Origin: the human T2T-CHM13v2.0 reference genome, Homo sapiens
NCBI RefSeq assembly: GCF_009914755.1
Contig: NC_060945.1
DNA: 64,000 bases
Reading direction: 5' to 3' (one strand)
This document shows, in pieces, positions 1 through 14,579 of this stretch. Position numbers and translations under genes: made by a program. The notes beneath the pieces are model-generated. The model did not search any database. It saw nothing but the letters and a program-made list of their open reading frames with translations, and was not told where the DNA came from. Within the stretch, counting starts at the first letter, position 1; each line of letters opens with the position of its first letter.

Positions 1-300
1 TATTTTATTAAGCCTCAGAAGTCTTTAAAATAGCATTATACATTTACGATGCATTCATGTTGTTGCATGTTCAAGAGTCTGACTCATTTTTGTTGAGTAA
101 TATTCCGTTTGTGTGAGTAGAACCCTTTTAAAAATTTATTCAAAAATGAAGAGCATTTGGGTTACTTTCTGCTTTGGGGATTGTGAATTTTTTATAAACA
201 TTCACATAGAAATAATTTGTGTGAATCTAAGTCTTCATTTCTTTTTGGAAAATATCTGAAGCGAGGATGGTAGGACATTTAGTAAGTGCATGTTTTCTTT
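1..300 (-). mobile_element. Old L1M 3' fragment (probably resumes at ~2560-2740)
   Basis: Degenerate antisense L1M 3' motifs such as 'cattcatgttgttgcatgt' and 'gagcatttgggttacttt'. Boundaries approximate. Confidence 0.55.
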
Positions 301-1305
301 TGTTTTAATCTGTTAGGTTGCTATAACAAAAGTGCCATAAACTAGATGGCTTATAAACAACAGAGACTTCTTTCTCACAATTCTGGAAGCTGGAAAGTCC
401 TAGATCAAGGTGCCAGCAGACTTGGTGTCTTCTAGCTGTGTGTTCTTATGTAACTGCGCAACAGGTTCACCTTGCCCACTGCCTAGACGGAGTTGATTTG
501 TCAAGACAGGGGAACTGCAATGGAGAAAGTTATTGGTGCAGAGCCGGCAGTGTGAGAGACTGGAGTTTTATTATTGCTCACATCAGTCTCCCCAAGCATT
601 CAGGGATCAGAGATTTCAAGAATAATTTGGTGGGTGTGGGTGAGTGAGTTGGGAGTGCTGACTGTTTGGGTCAGATGAAATCATAAGGAATCAAAGCTGT
701 CTTCCTGCACTGGGTCAGTTCCTGGGCGGGGGGCCCCACGATCAGATGAGCCAGTTTATCCATCGGGATGGTGCCAGCTCATCCATCAAGTGCTGGGGCT
801 GTAAAATATCTCAAGCACTGATCTTTGGTTTTACAATAGTGATGTTATCCTCAGGAGCAATTTGGGGAGTGTCTTGTAACCTCCAACTGCATGGCTTCTA
901 AACCATAATTTCTAATCTTTTGGCTAATTTGTTAGTCCTACAAAAGGCAGTGTAGTCCCCAGGCAAGAAGGGGGATTGTTTTAGAAAAGGGCTATAAACT
1001 ATGTTCCTCCCAAAGTTAATTTGGCCTTCATCCAGGAATGAACAAGAACAGCTTAGTGGTTAGAAGCAAGATTTCAGATTTCTTTCACCACAGTCATAAT
1101 TTTGCAATAGTGGTTTCATTTACATGAGGCAAGGAGAATGGGAGAGCTCTCTGGGTAAGCTTTTTAAGGGCACTAATCCCACTCAAGAGGGCTCCACCTC
1201 ATGAACTAATAATCTTCCAAATGTCCCACTTCCAAATACCATCACCTTGGGGGCTAGGATTTCGATATATGAATTGGGGAAGACACAAACATTCATACCA
1301 TGGCA
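301..1305 (-). mobile_element. MLT1A-like MaLR LTR split by an LTR8 insertion
   Basis: Starts 'ggttgctataacaaaagtgccataaactagatggcttataaacaacag', ends 'gacacaaacattcataccatggca'; the halves rejoin as tgtgttctta/catgagg. Confidence 0.75.
449..1118 (-). mobile_element. LTR8-type ERV1 solo LTR
   Basis: Reverse complement begins TGAAACCACTATTGCAAAATTATGAC; TG...CA termini; 4-bp TSD ctta/ttta (1 mismatch). Confidence 0.8.
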
Positions 1306-1320
1306 CCTTATGAAAAGATT

Positions 1321-2555
1321 AGAGTTTATTTTTTAGAGCAATTTTAGGTTCACAACACAACTGAAGAGAAAGTACAGAGAATTGTCGCATAACCCCATTT
1401 GCCCCCTCACACAACTTTCCTCATTGTCAATATCCACTGGTACATTCGTTACAATGAATTAACTGATATTGACATATCATCCTGCAAAGCAGTTTACATT
1501 ATAGTCCACTCTTGGTGTTGTATACTCTATGCACAAATGTATAAGGACATGTATTTACTATTATTATATTAAAAAGAATAGTGGCACTGCCCTAAAAATC
1601 CTCTGTGCTCTGCCTATTCATTCTTTCCTTTTCCCAAACTTCTGGCAACTACTTTAAAGTCTTGATTAGTTTTTTTTCCCTCTTTTTCAGAATGCCATAT
1701 AGTTGAAATTATGTAACACGTAGCCTTTTTAGGTTAGGATCCTTCACTTAGTAGTATGCACTTGAGATTCTTCCATGTCTTATCATGGGTTAGTAGCTCA
1801 TATTTTTAATGCAGAATAATGCTCCATCTTCTGTGTATACCAAAATTTATTTATCCATTCACCTACAGAATAACCTTTTGGTTACTTGCACATTTTGGCT
1901 ATTATCAGTGAAGTTGCTCTAAAACATCCACGTGCAAATTGTGTGTGGATATAAATTTTCAATTCATTTTGATAAATGCCAAGAAATGAGATGGCCAAAT
2001 CTTATAAGAGTATGTTTAGTTTCACTGCCATTCAAACTGCTTCTAGTATTTTGAATTTCCCAGAATGAGAATTAGTGTTGCTCCACATCATGACCAGCAT
2101 TTGTTCTTGTCAGTGTTTTGGACTTTGGCCATTTGAATAGGAATGTAGGTGATATCTCATTGCTGTTTTCATTTGCAATAGTCTAATGGCATATGATGCT
2201 GAGTCTCTTTTCACATGCTTATTTTCTATTTGTACATCTTTGGTGACGCTTCTGATCAAGTGTTTTGTTTATTTTTCAGTTATGTTGCCCATTTCTTATT
2301 ATTGAATTTTAAAAGCTATTAGTATATTTTGGATAGCAGTTTTTTTATCAGTGTGTCTTTTGAAAATATTTTCACCCAGTCTATGGGTTGTCCTCTCATT
2401 GTCTCGACACTATGTTTTGAAGAGCAGATGTTTTTAATTTCAATGCAGTTTAGCTTAACAATTTCTGTTAGGGATTATTCCTTTGGCATGGTATTTTTAA
2501 AGCCGTTACTTTAACCAAAGTCATCTAGATATTCTTCTATACTATCTTCTATTAT
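1321..2555 (-). mobile_element. L1MC-type 3' end fragment
   Basis: 'ttttagagcaattttaggttcacaacac...agtacagaga' is typical of an L1MC1/2 3' end, followed by antisense L1 3' sequence. Confidence 0.65.
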
Positions 2556-2680
2556 GTTAGTTTTTATAAGAAGCTGCCAATTGCTTTCAAAGTGGCTATC
2601 CTACATGAGAGTTCAAGTTGACCTGCACTCTCACCAGGACTTGAAATTCTCTTTTCTTTTTTTTAAATTAGTTTCAATAG

Positions 2681-3092
<412 letters not shown>

Positions 3093-3693
3093 ACGGGTCC
3101 ACTTTTGCTTAGGACAGTTGCTCCTGTTGTTTCCATAGTTCCTTCCATGGCTAGGGCTGGCCTCAGGAGGGCACGAGGAGAGAAGAAAGGGAAATCAAGC
3201 AAACACCAAACACCAGGAAATGGGTTTCCCTTCACACTCTCTGGCACATGTAGGCCCCTTTTCCATTCTTCTGATGGAAATTGGGATTTTCTCCTGGAAT
3301 TTACATTGCTCACTTCTGTGATTTGTTTGAAGTTGGAGGCAAACAGGAAGATGCAAACAAGAAACTCATTGCTAAGCGTTGTTATTTAACTTTCAAATTT
3401 GATCTCCATTCTACTTGCTATTGTTTGTTTTTCAGTCCCCAAGAAGTGGTATTCAGTGGGAGATGTGGGCTGTAGCCACTTACCCATTTACCCATATGAG
3501 TTGTAGTCATGACCCTATTTAAGCCAGCACCAGAAGTCTGGACCTGATGCTTTGAATGGCATCATCTGACTTCTTTATAAAAGGCAGAACTTCAGAGGCC
3601 CCTCCAATCACACTATTCATACAAACCTGTTTCATGTATTATCCATGTTCTTTTTGGCTCCTACGTACAATTGTGATCATCTCTTAAGAATAG

Positions 3694-4760
<1,067 letters not shown>

Positions 4761-5003
4761 ATAGTACTAGTGGAGGAGGAGGAGGAGCAAAGCTGATTGG
4801 AAGTTGGGGAAATATCTTAGAATCTATTTTTAGTTAAGCCCTAAAGCAGAACCAGAAGCTTTAATGCATTTTGTTGGTGAGAGTTGAAGGAGATGGAATG
4901 ACACTCCACACAAGGATAGCAGGGAAATGATAACATCTGAGTCATAGAGATTCCCCTCTGGCTGTTTCCACCCTTCTTTCCTATTGGAGAAATATAAATT
5001 ATA

Positions 5004-5630
5004 TGTAGTATTAAATCAGAATGTCATGTGCATCATGAACAACCTGCTAAGAGATTGCAAAGACTTAAGAAATCTCAGTCTTTTATTTAGCCAAACAGTT
5101 ACAACCCATTGCATACATGTTCTTAAGATAAACAATAGCTAGTCCTCAAGTAAGAGAACTTGACACCATCATTTGTTACACACAGATCATCCTACGTTCA
5201 CCTGATAATTGGGGTGTTTATCTGTGTTTACTAATTGGATTTATCCAAAGAAAAATAATTTCATATTTTTATGGCAGAAGGTGATTTTGGAACCCAGAGC
5301 ACAGAATCTGTTAGGCAAAGTTAGGCACATTGCTTCCCATAGAAACTGGGGCTCTTCATGATTACATTTCAAAGACTTAGCTCCCAAGTGCTAGAGAAAG
5401 ACATTCCTATGTCTTCAAGCTGGCTAGAGTCTTATCTAGCTTTTAAACAGATTTATATACATTTTAGGGAGACAAGAAAATAATTTACAATTACTTACGT
5501 TATAATTACTTAGAATTAAAATTACTTAGAGCAAATGCTCTAAGAAAAGGGCGGTGGAGGGAGTCTCTTCCTTTATTTTTAACAGGGAGAATTAAAGCTC
5601 TTTTGAAAACTTGCCTTTGCATCCCCCACA
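5004..5630 (-). mobile_element. Old ERV1 LTR, MER34/LTR48-group-like
   Basis: 'gattacatttcaaagac...gctcccaagtgctagagaaagacattcct' resembles MER34-group LTRs; ends in ...cccaca. Family uncertain. Confidence 0.45.
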
Positions 5631-5769
5631 GTCGTTTTGCAACATCCAACTAGGGTAATCCTGCTAAGAAATGAAATATTATCAAGTTACTCCTCTACAT
5701 TCCACTTGAAAGTAAAGGCCAAACTATTAACAAACATCCTTTCATCATGTGTGTTTTCTGACTCCCCAT

Positions 5770-6310
5770 TTTATTTTATTTTAAGATTTTTTTAATGTTT
5801 ATTTTTAAGTTTTAAGTTCAGGGGTACATGTGTAGGTTTGTTACGTGGCTAAACTTGTGTCATGGGGATTTGTTGTACAGATTATTTCATCACCCAGGTA
5901 TGAATCCTAGTTTCCATTAGTTGTTTTTCTTGATTCTCTCCCTCCTCCCAACCTCCACCCTCTGAAAGGCCTCAGTATGTGTTGTTCCCCTCTATGAGTC
6001 CATGTGTTCTCATCATTTAGCTCCTACTTATAGTGAGAGCATGCAGTATTTGGATTTCTGTTCCTGTGTTAGTTTGCTAAGGAGAATGGTCTTTAGCTCC
6101 ATCCGTGTCCCTGCAAAGGACATGATCTCAGTCTTTTTGTATGGGTTCATGGTATTCTGTGGTGTATATGTACCACATTTTCTTTATACCGTCTATCATT
6201 TATGGGCATTTAGGTCAATTTCATGTCTTTGCTATTGTGAATAGTGTTGCAATGCACATACATGTGCATGTGTCTTTATGGTAGAATGATTTCTATTTCT
6301 TCAGTTATAT
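5770..6310 (-). mobile_element. L1PA13-16-like 3' end
   Basis: 'ttcaggggtacatgtgtaggtttgttac...cagattatttcatcacccaggta' antisense L1 3' UTR with a T-rich tail. Confidence 0.8.
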
Positions 6311-7561
6311 TGTTTCAAAATATTTACCAATACCCAGGCCAAAAACTAGTGGCATAGTTGACATCTAATATATATTTGCTGGCATAATGTCATGTTGCTT
6401 ACATTCAATAAATGTTGTTTTTGAAGAAATTAATGAAAAATTTTAAAGACAGGTTGCAAGAACAGAGGAAAAAAGTCCCAAAAGGAAGTTATTGTAAAAC
6501 TCCAGGCCAGAGACATTGATTGCCTGAATTTCACTAAAATAAAATAATGGGGGAATGTGAATGTATTTGAGAGATTGTGGACGTAATAGAATTAGCTAGA
6601 CTTGGTGGTTGGCTAGAGATGGGCCAAAAGTAGAGAAAGAAGTCACAGTAAATTTGATCATTTCAGAACGAGCAAAGGGCAAGTATTAATATTTCCCACT
6701 AAGATATGAAATTCAGAAAGTTAATTTTGGGCAGTTAATAATGATTTCTATTTTAATTATGAGGTTAAACACTGGCTCTGCCACTTACTGTAAGATATTA
6801 AGAATTTTTTTTTATAGCTTCCTAGCCCTTCAATTTCCTCAAATACAAGAAGAACAAAAATGGCATGTACCACAAAGTTTTTGTGATTTTTGAAATAATA
6901 CACACAAAATACTAAAACAAGTTTCTGCAGTAAACTAAGAAATCACTCACAGTTGCTGTTTTGAGACTTACTATATTACTTTTATCACTCACTATTATCT
7001 TTATCCTCCAGAGGAAAGTGAATTTATGGTTATAGTGACACAGACTAAATATAAGTTCATAGGATTAAAAAATATATACAACTCAAGAATGTATATGATA
7101 ATCGAATCCTTGACAAACATGTATAGTTTTATATGAATCAGGATTCAATAATAGGTACAAAACCCAAAATATTTTAAAATAGAGCTGCAAAGGAAATTGA
7201 GAAGAAATTATTACAAAGTAGTAGAATAAATATGAGAGTGGGGCACAATATGACAGAAAATGAGTATTACAATGCTAATTTGAGAGGTTAATGATTACTT
7301 TTGCTTGCATGCTCATTGTTTTTCTCTTTACCTTTGTCTGTACTGATACAAATGTCAACTTAATGACACAACTCAGATGATTCCTGCTTAATGAAGTCTA
7401 TTCTGAGACCTGTAATAAAAAATTATTCTATTTTCGGGGTTTCCATGGCATTTAAATATATATAATCAGTGCTCAGACAAATCTGTTAATAAATTGGCTG
7501 ATAAGTCATGTTATTCTGTGAGTTTCTTGGATTCAGAGTCTTTATTTATATGTTTACCAGA

Positions 7562-7954
7562 TGTTATATACTGAAATGTGTTCCCCGAAATTTGTATATA
7601 GAAGTTTTACACCTAGTACGTCATAATGTTTGGACACAGTGCCTTTTAAAAGGTGATTAAGTTAAATTGAGGCAGTTACATTGGGCCCTAAATCAACGTG
7701 AATGATGTCCTTATACAAGGAAATGTGAGCACACATAGAGACACCAGGGATGTGCAGGGACCTAGAAAAACAATGTAAGGACACAACAGGAAGGAAACCA
7801 TCTGAAAGCCAAGGACAAAGACATAAGGAAAAACCATACTGCTGACATCTTGGTCTTGGACTTCTAGCCTCCAGAACTGTGAGAAAAATAGGTTTCTATT
7901 GTTGCAGCCACCTAGTCTATAATATTTCTTTATTGTAGCCCTAGCAAATACACA
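7562..7954 (+). mobile_element. MLT1B-like MaLR solo LTR
   Basis: 'gacttctagcctccagaactgtgagaaaaata...gcagccacctagtcta...gccctagcaaataca'. Confidence 0.8.
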
Positions 7955-8409
7955 AGGGTTTTGGGAAACCTTCATATGTCAGTTTCATGAGGCCATTCAG
8001 TCTACACAAATTATCTCCATAACAACTAAAATTTTAAATTTTTAGATAATTTCAATATACAATAACTATATCCTGATTATTCATAAGATTTAAGAAAAAC
8101 ATAATTTTCTCTATTGTGGATGAGTTTTCTGGATCCAATTATTTATGATACTGAATTTCATAGGAAGTTCAAAGCAAAGCAAGTTTTTGTTTTTGTAAAG
8201 TAATACAGTTTAAAAATGTTCATTGAAAGATTGACTAAAATATTTTAGATTCTAAATGAAAACACTAAAATAGGTGCATAAGACAAAATAATGTATTTTT
8301 AAATTGCATTTTGAGCTGATTTTTATTCATTCTATGTAACTGATTTTAGGGATGTGTTGTTTTTTTTCAGTCCACATGAACATAGTGGTATAATTAACAA
8401 AATGGAGTT

Positions 8410-9520
8410 AACATTTCTAACATCTCCTAAGCTTGCCTAAATTTTAGGCAGGTTTCTTCTAGACTCTAGGCCTAGGATCTCCCTTTTCTTAGAACACTTA
8501 TGTTAGAAAACTGGCAATTGTAAATTCTTTCACTGCCCCTTTGAGATGCAAATTTTCTGCCCAGTCATGCTTGTTACCAGGGGTTCCTTGCTCCCAGAGC
8601 TCCCAAGATGGTGGTGGGCTGCTTCCAAAATGGTGGCAAGCCTCGTGTTCTCTGACCTGGGGTTCTTGGCCTCACGGATTTCAAGGAATGGAATCTTGGG
8701 CCATGCGGTGAGTGTTATAGCTCTTATTAGAAGCCGTGGGTCACGGAAGAGAACTGTGGAACCTACTGACTCCTGTTCAGCTCAATTAGGACGAACCCAG
8801 GCACTTAGCTGTGCAGGAACAAGGGCAAGCCTTTAGCCCAATCAGGAGTGGCAATGGGTGCCTCGCTGGATCAGAAGCACAGCGGACACCCTTCCAGATC
8901 TGGAGGGATGGCAGTCAGCGGTGGGTCTGTGACAGCGGCAAACACCAGTGGTGGGCAGCAAGTGAAAGCTCAGCTCGAGCTGTAACAAACACGGACCAGA
9001 AGAATGCAGTTGCAAGATTTAATAGAGTGAAATAGAGTGAAAACAGAGCTCCCATACAAAGGGAGGGGACTCAAACAGGGTAGCCGTTACTGGCTCGAAT
9101 GCCTGGGTTTATGTCCTGATCATTGTCTCTCCCTCTGTGCTCTTGGGCCATAGATGATTGGCTATTTCTTTACCTCCTGTTTTTGCCTAATTAGCATTTT
9201 AGTGAGCTGTCTTTACTATCTGATTGGTCGGGTATGAGCTAAGTTGCAAGCCCTGTGTATAAAGGTGGAAGCAGTCACCTTCCCAGCTAGGCTTAGGGAT
9301 TCTTAGTCGGCCTAGGAAATCCAGCTAGTCCTGCCTCTCATGCTGACTAACCTGCCGCTCGATGTCCTCTAGTACTTGTGCACTAGCTCATACCAGCAAT
9401 TAAAAACTCTCCTGGAGTTGTTTTAATGTAATTGAGTTCAATCTCTGTTCTCTGTTGCAAGAGTCTTGAATAAAGCCATTATTGCCTGTTTAATATGTCT
9501 GTTGAAATTTTCATTGATTT
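8410..9520 (+). mobile_element. MER67-like ERV1 LTR interrupted by LTR17
   Basis: 'cccttttcttagaacac...gcaattgtaaattctttcactgcccctttgagatg' upstream, and 'tgagttcaatctct...gtcttgaataaag' downstream of the LTR17. Confidence 0.55.
8572..9340 (-). mobile_element. HERV-W solo LTR (LTR17), full length
   Basis: Reverse complement begins TGAGAGGCAGGACTAGCTGGATTTCCTAGGCCGACTAAGAATCCCTAAGCC; 769 bp; perfect 4-bp TSD TGCT at 8568-8571 and 9341-9344. Confidence 0.93.
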
Positions 9521-9987
9521 AATATAGAAAAACTGGAGTTTATTAGTGTTTATATGTATTTGTTTCTTTATATATATTTCTGAGAATATATTCACTTAAG
9601 GTATATGAGAATAGCTGATCTTTCATACCAGGAAATATCAAACCTAAAAGCACATGTCATTATGTAATGTGGATAGAAGTCTTCTTTTGAAACATAATTA
9701 CCCTCCTCATATATGTTCTATCAGATCATTAACATTGCTTAGATAATAAAATATCACAATATAGAGAGATGTAGAATAAAGTGGGAAGTATTTTTCCAAG
9801 CTATTTAGCCAGGATTGTCTCCCCAGAAGAAGCAAGAATAATGCTTTTATTCAAAAGTTAAAAGGAAAATAATCTCAGTGAAATGCAAACTCTTTGACAT
9901 ATAAAAAATGTGGCATATGCACAACTGTAAAATGATCTTTGAAAATTTATTTTTGAAAATAAATCCCAGATGTCATTGATGCCTTTC

Positions 9988-10300
<313 letters not shown>

Positions 10301-11802
10301 GATGCCTTTCATTTTAACTCACTTTGTTTGCAGTTTTGGAGTAGTCTGTGCTATAATTTTGGACAGACTCTATTGTCTGACATGATAACAATTGTAAAAT
10401 ACTGACGAAGGCAAAAACGTGTTCTCAAACTCTTTTGGTAGAGATTTTAAGGGCTGGAAACTCAAAATGGAGTAGTTTGATGTGTCCTTAATCTCTTCTC
10501 AACAGCTAGTGTAGAGTTGCTGACTTTCTCACATCTCTGAGTGAGCAAAGAAAGGAAGTCAAAGGTTAAATCAATCTGTGTTTTAGTAAATAGGATATGG
10601 AAAGCTCAAGTCCACAGCCAGGCTTAACCTGACTTCTGCTTGACCACAACTATTAAGTAGAACACTTAGTAAGTGTACAAAGTCAAGACGCTTGCCCTTG
10701 GCAAGAGAGGAAGAATGAAGGAAAGATAGTAATGAGTCTGTCCTATCACCTGGGAACATGAGAAGGCTACTTATCCTCCTAAGCTTCCCATTCACTGCCA
10801 AACACTGTACAGAAAACAAACAATAGCTTTAGTCTCCTGGCACTGTTACATTACAATCCCAAACCACTTACTCTGTCATTAGTTCTCCATAGTCAAAAAC
10901 TGTGACCTTATCCATAACCACTAGATGTTTTCCAGTGGCCAATAATTACTTTGTTAGTAAAATAAAAGTTGTTTCTAAGGTTCTGTTAAAAAAAAAATGG
11001 GTTCCAAATATTCAATTTGCATTTTCATCCAATATTTATGAGAAAAAAAATACATACTTTGTGGTATACCATATGCTAGTATTATACATGGAAAAGAGGA
11101 TACAATGATGGTTCTACAAGAAATACCGTCTTGTCAGAGACAGATTCCAATGTAGTGAAGGTCAGAGTAATTATCAAATGCACAATTACAGTAATGAAAG
11201 GTACAATAACAGAGAAGTGCCTGGGATATTAAAGTTTGCTAAAATTTATTAAGAACTACAAGCTCTATATCTTAATGTATTACACAAACTCAAGTGTAAA
11301 AAAGAAAGAAACCAACAAAGTTTGAAAAAATACATGTAAATGATATATAAAATATGCTACCTCTTATTTCTTAATGATTATGTACTAAAAGGTTTTTACT
11401 GAATTTTTTCTAATTTTAATAAGATATTAAATTTATAATTACAAAATAATATAAGTGTGTTCAGAGTACTACAGTTTATTCTCTTCTTCAAGTTATTTGA
11501 TAATATTAGCAGAATAAGAAAAAATACCACTGCACAAAGGACAAAAACATACAATTGGTACTCTCTGACAGAAAGAAACACATCTATAAACACTTACTGT
11601 TTATTGGGTGAAATATTAAATATTATTGATCTACAGTTACATGTCTAAAACATTTCATTGATTTTGTTTTGTATTTTTGTTGCTCACACTATGAATGCGA
11701 AAGTAATTACACACACCACAAAAATCTCTTGTATTCATAAACAAAATTATTCCTAATAGAAAAAATAAAACCTACACTGTCACCAAAAGTGTATAAGTGT
11801 TG

Positions 11803-11973
11803 ACTACCTGAGGGTGGATGGTGAGAGGAGGGAGAGGATCAGGAAAAATAACTAATGGGTACCAGGCTTAATACCTGAGTGAGGAAATAATCTGTACAAC
11901 AAATCCCCATGATGCAAGTTTACTTATGTAACAAACCTGCACATTTACTGTTGAACTTAAAAGTTAAAAAAAA
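11803..11973 (+). mobile_element. L1PA13-16-like short 3' end
   Basis: 'gggagaggatcaggaaaaataactaatgggtaccaggcttaatacctg...acaaacctgcacat' plus an A tail. Confidence 0.8.
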
Positions 11974-12177
11974 GAGAAAACCTAATATTTCTCATTAATA
12001 CTCTACCAGTACCAATCATCAACCTCTTTCAACAGATTAGAAAAAAGATATTCAGATTTTATTGTCATTTTCAGAAAATGTAAGAGAAATTTAATTTTGT
12101 TGGAGAACTGCCAAATGCTTTATTAGCATAATGATTTCAAGGTACAGATTGCTGGAAATAGAGTCTAGAACATAAAG

Positions 12178-12641
12178 GGTAGGAGATTGGTCAGAATGGT
12201 GGGAGAAAATCTAGGGAAAGGGGCAGGCCTTTTGAAAAGTCAGAAGGCTCTGCTTAGCTTCGGTGGAGAATAAACTGAAGGCAGCTCTTCTCTGACCCTG
12301 AGGGAGAGGGCAAGGAGTAGGTACAAAGAAGTATAGGGGAATTTATCCTAAACAGGCTTGTTCACTTACGTTGACCAGGAACTGACCTTTGATCATCCGT
12401 GTGCATGACCCGTTCCCTGTAAGGGGAACAATAAATGTTAATTACCCACAGACTGTGTTTGCCCCAGGCTTTCGGCATTATGTCTGTACTGAGTGAAAGC
12501 AAGCAGCTCCAGCCGTTTGAGACTGCTCACTCTCTGGCCACTAGTGCCAGGCAGTCCCCTAGCTGCTCTAACACTGCATACCTGTGTCTGAGTACTCGTT
12601 TCATCCATCACTAGGCCAAGGTCTGCAGGATGGACCCGGCA
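12178..12641 (+). mobile_element. LTR22-family (HERV-K HML-5) solo LTR
   Basis: 'gtaggagattggtcagaatggtgggagaaa...gtctgcaggatggacccggca'; perfect 6-bp TSD ATAAAG at 12172-12177 and 12642-12647. Confidence 0.8.
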
Positions 12642-12650
12642 ATAAAGCTT

Positions 12651-13220
12651 GTGTATTTGACTGAAATGGGAAATGGTCACAAATTTCTTCATCCTTGGTG
12701 AACTTGCCTCTTTGCAATGCTATTTTCCTGCTACTCTGCTCACCAAGTGGTTGAAAGTACTTCTTCACCTTGTGTAATCAGGGCTGGTCTTGTGATTTGT
12801 GGTGATGGACAGAATGCAGTGGAAGTGCAGTGTAGGAATTCTGATCCTAGTCCTGACCAGGAAAGGAAGTTTCCACTCTCACTTTCTTGACAAATTGCTT
12901 TGAGGTTGCTATGTGAAAAATCTTGGTTAATCCTATTGGAGGATTAGAAATCACATAAAGCAGAGCTATTGAATCTAAGTTCCTTCAGAACTACCAGCAA
13001 ATACGAGACACGTAAGCCCACTTTGGACCATCCAGCAACAGTAGAGTCACGAGAGAACTAGGGTCTCACAAGTGACCTTAGGCAAAACTTGTGGCAGAAC
13101 TGAACATCTAAGCCCATTCAAAATTGCTGACATACAGGATTATGAACAGCACATAAATCGGTAATTTAAAGTCACAGAGTTTTGTTGTAGTTTGTTATAA
13201 AGAAACGGATAACTGGTAAA
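12651..13220 (+). mobile_element. Old MLT1 (F/G/H-like) MaLR LTR
   Basis: 'gggctggtcttgtgatttg...cagaatgcagtggaagtg' and the 3' motif 'agttttgttgtagtttgttat...gataactg'. Confidence 0.6.
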
Positions 13221-14579
13221 TCTCTAAGATGTCTATTTTCTGAAATAAAATTAAATCTGTTCAGGAGACCTTGATATAGTTCTTTGAATAATACCTAATA
13301 ATAAAAATAGAAAGTAATATTTATTGGTAAGCAATGTGCTAAATATTTTACATTTATTGCCTCCAATAATTCTCCAAGTAATAAATAATTTTACCTTTCG
13401 TTTTTATTTCCATTGAAAACTAGGATAAGAAATGTTAACTTGAAATTTTATCTGAAGTGTTTTTTCCATATACATGCATTATCTTTTAAAGTAGAGTAAG
13501 ATAAGGCCCAACAATATATAAACTAATTATCCATACATAATTAAGTCATTTGTACTTTTCATAATTTAAAAAATCATTAAAAATAAATCAAAAGTGAACA
13601 TTTCATGTAAGTATACATGACACTTTGAATTCCTAAACTATAAAAGTAATAATCATAAAGAATTAACCTATATACAGTTATTTGCTTATCCAAATTGATT
13701 AAGATGATGCGTACATAAAATGCCATGTCCTTTATACTTAATAATTTATTCTGTATGTGTACTGTTTGTTTAGTTCTGCTAGAGATATGCTGTTCTCAAT
13801 AAAGAATGTTTTGAAAAATACTCTAATGTAATTACTAGATTTCTATAATAACTTGTCAACTGTAACAATTTATTTTCCAGTATATGCTTATTTCAGAAGT
13901 AATTTCTTGGGAACTTAAGGATAAAGAGAAATAATTAAATGTGAGGAATAACACATACATATAAATAAAACAAATGGAAGAACAGAAACAGAAAATATCT
14001 TAATTCAACTTGAGAATAAATTAAATAATATCTTGGGAAAGGGTAAAGATTCTGTGAGATAATAAATACACATTTTTTAAGCTGCTAAATGTCTGAGTAA
14101 TTTATTATGTAGAAATAAATAATTAATACATTGCAAATTAGCAAAATGCTAGAAATATGTAAGGATTCATTTATGTATACCAAATGTAGATGCTTTTGTA
14201 GGTTTACTCCTAATACATTTTACAGGTACTGTATTTAAAGAAAAAATAATGTCTAAAATTTTCATCATTGCAATTCATGGGAAATTGTGTCAGTGTCACT
14301 GTTATTGTAATTACTTGTAAATAGGTAATTGTAACTAGATTGTTAAAGGAGTAATAAATATTGTTAAATGGGAGATACATTTTATAGAACATTTTCTTCT
14401 TACAGCCAAAAAATGTTGAATGTTATTCTACACTGAGATACATTTGACTGGAGAGGATGTGAATGCCTGGTCCAAGATACATATAACAAAGTATATCTTT
14501 AGGAATTTGATATCAGTCTTAAACATAGGATGAAAGACAAAGCTCTTTTATCATCTCCCAAATTCTCATTTTCCTTTTG

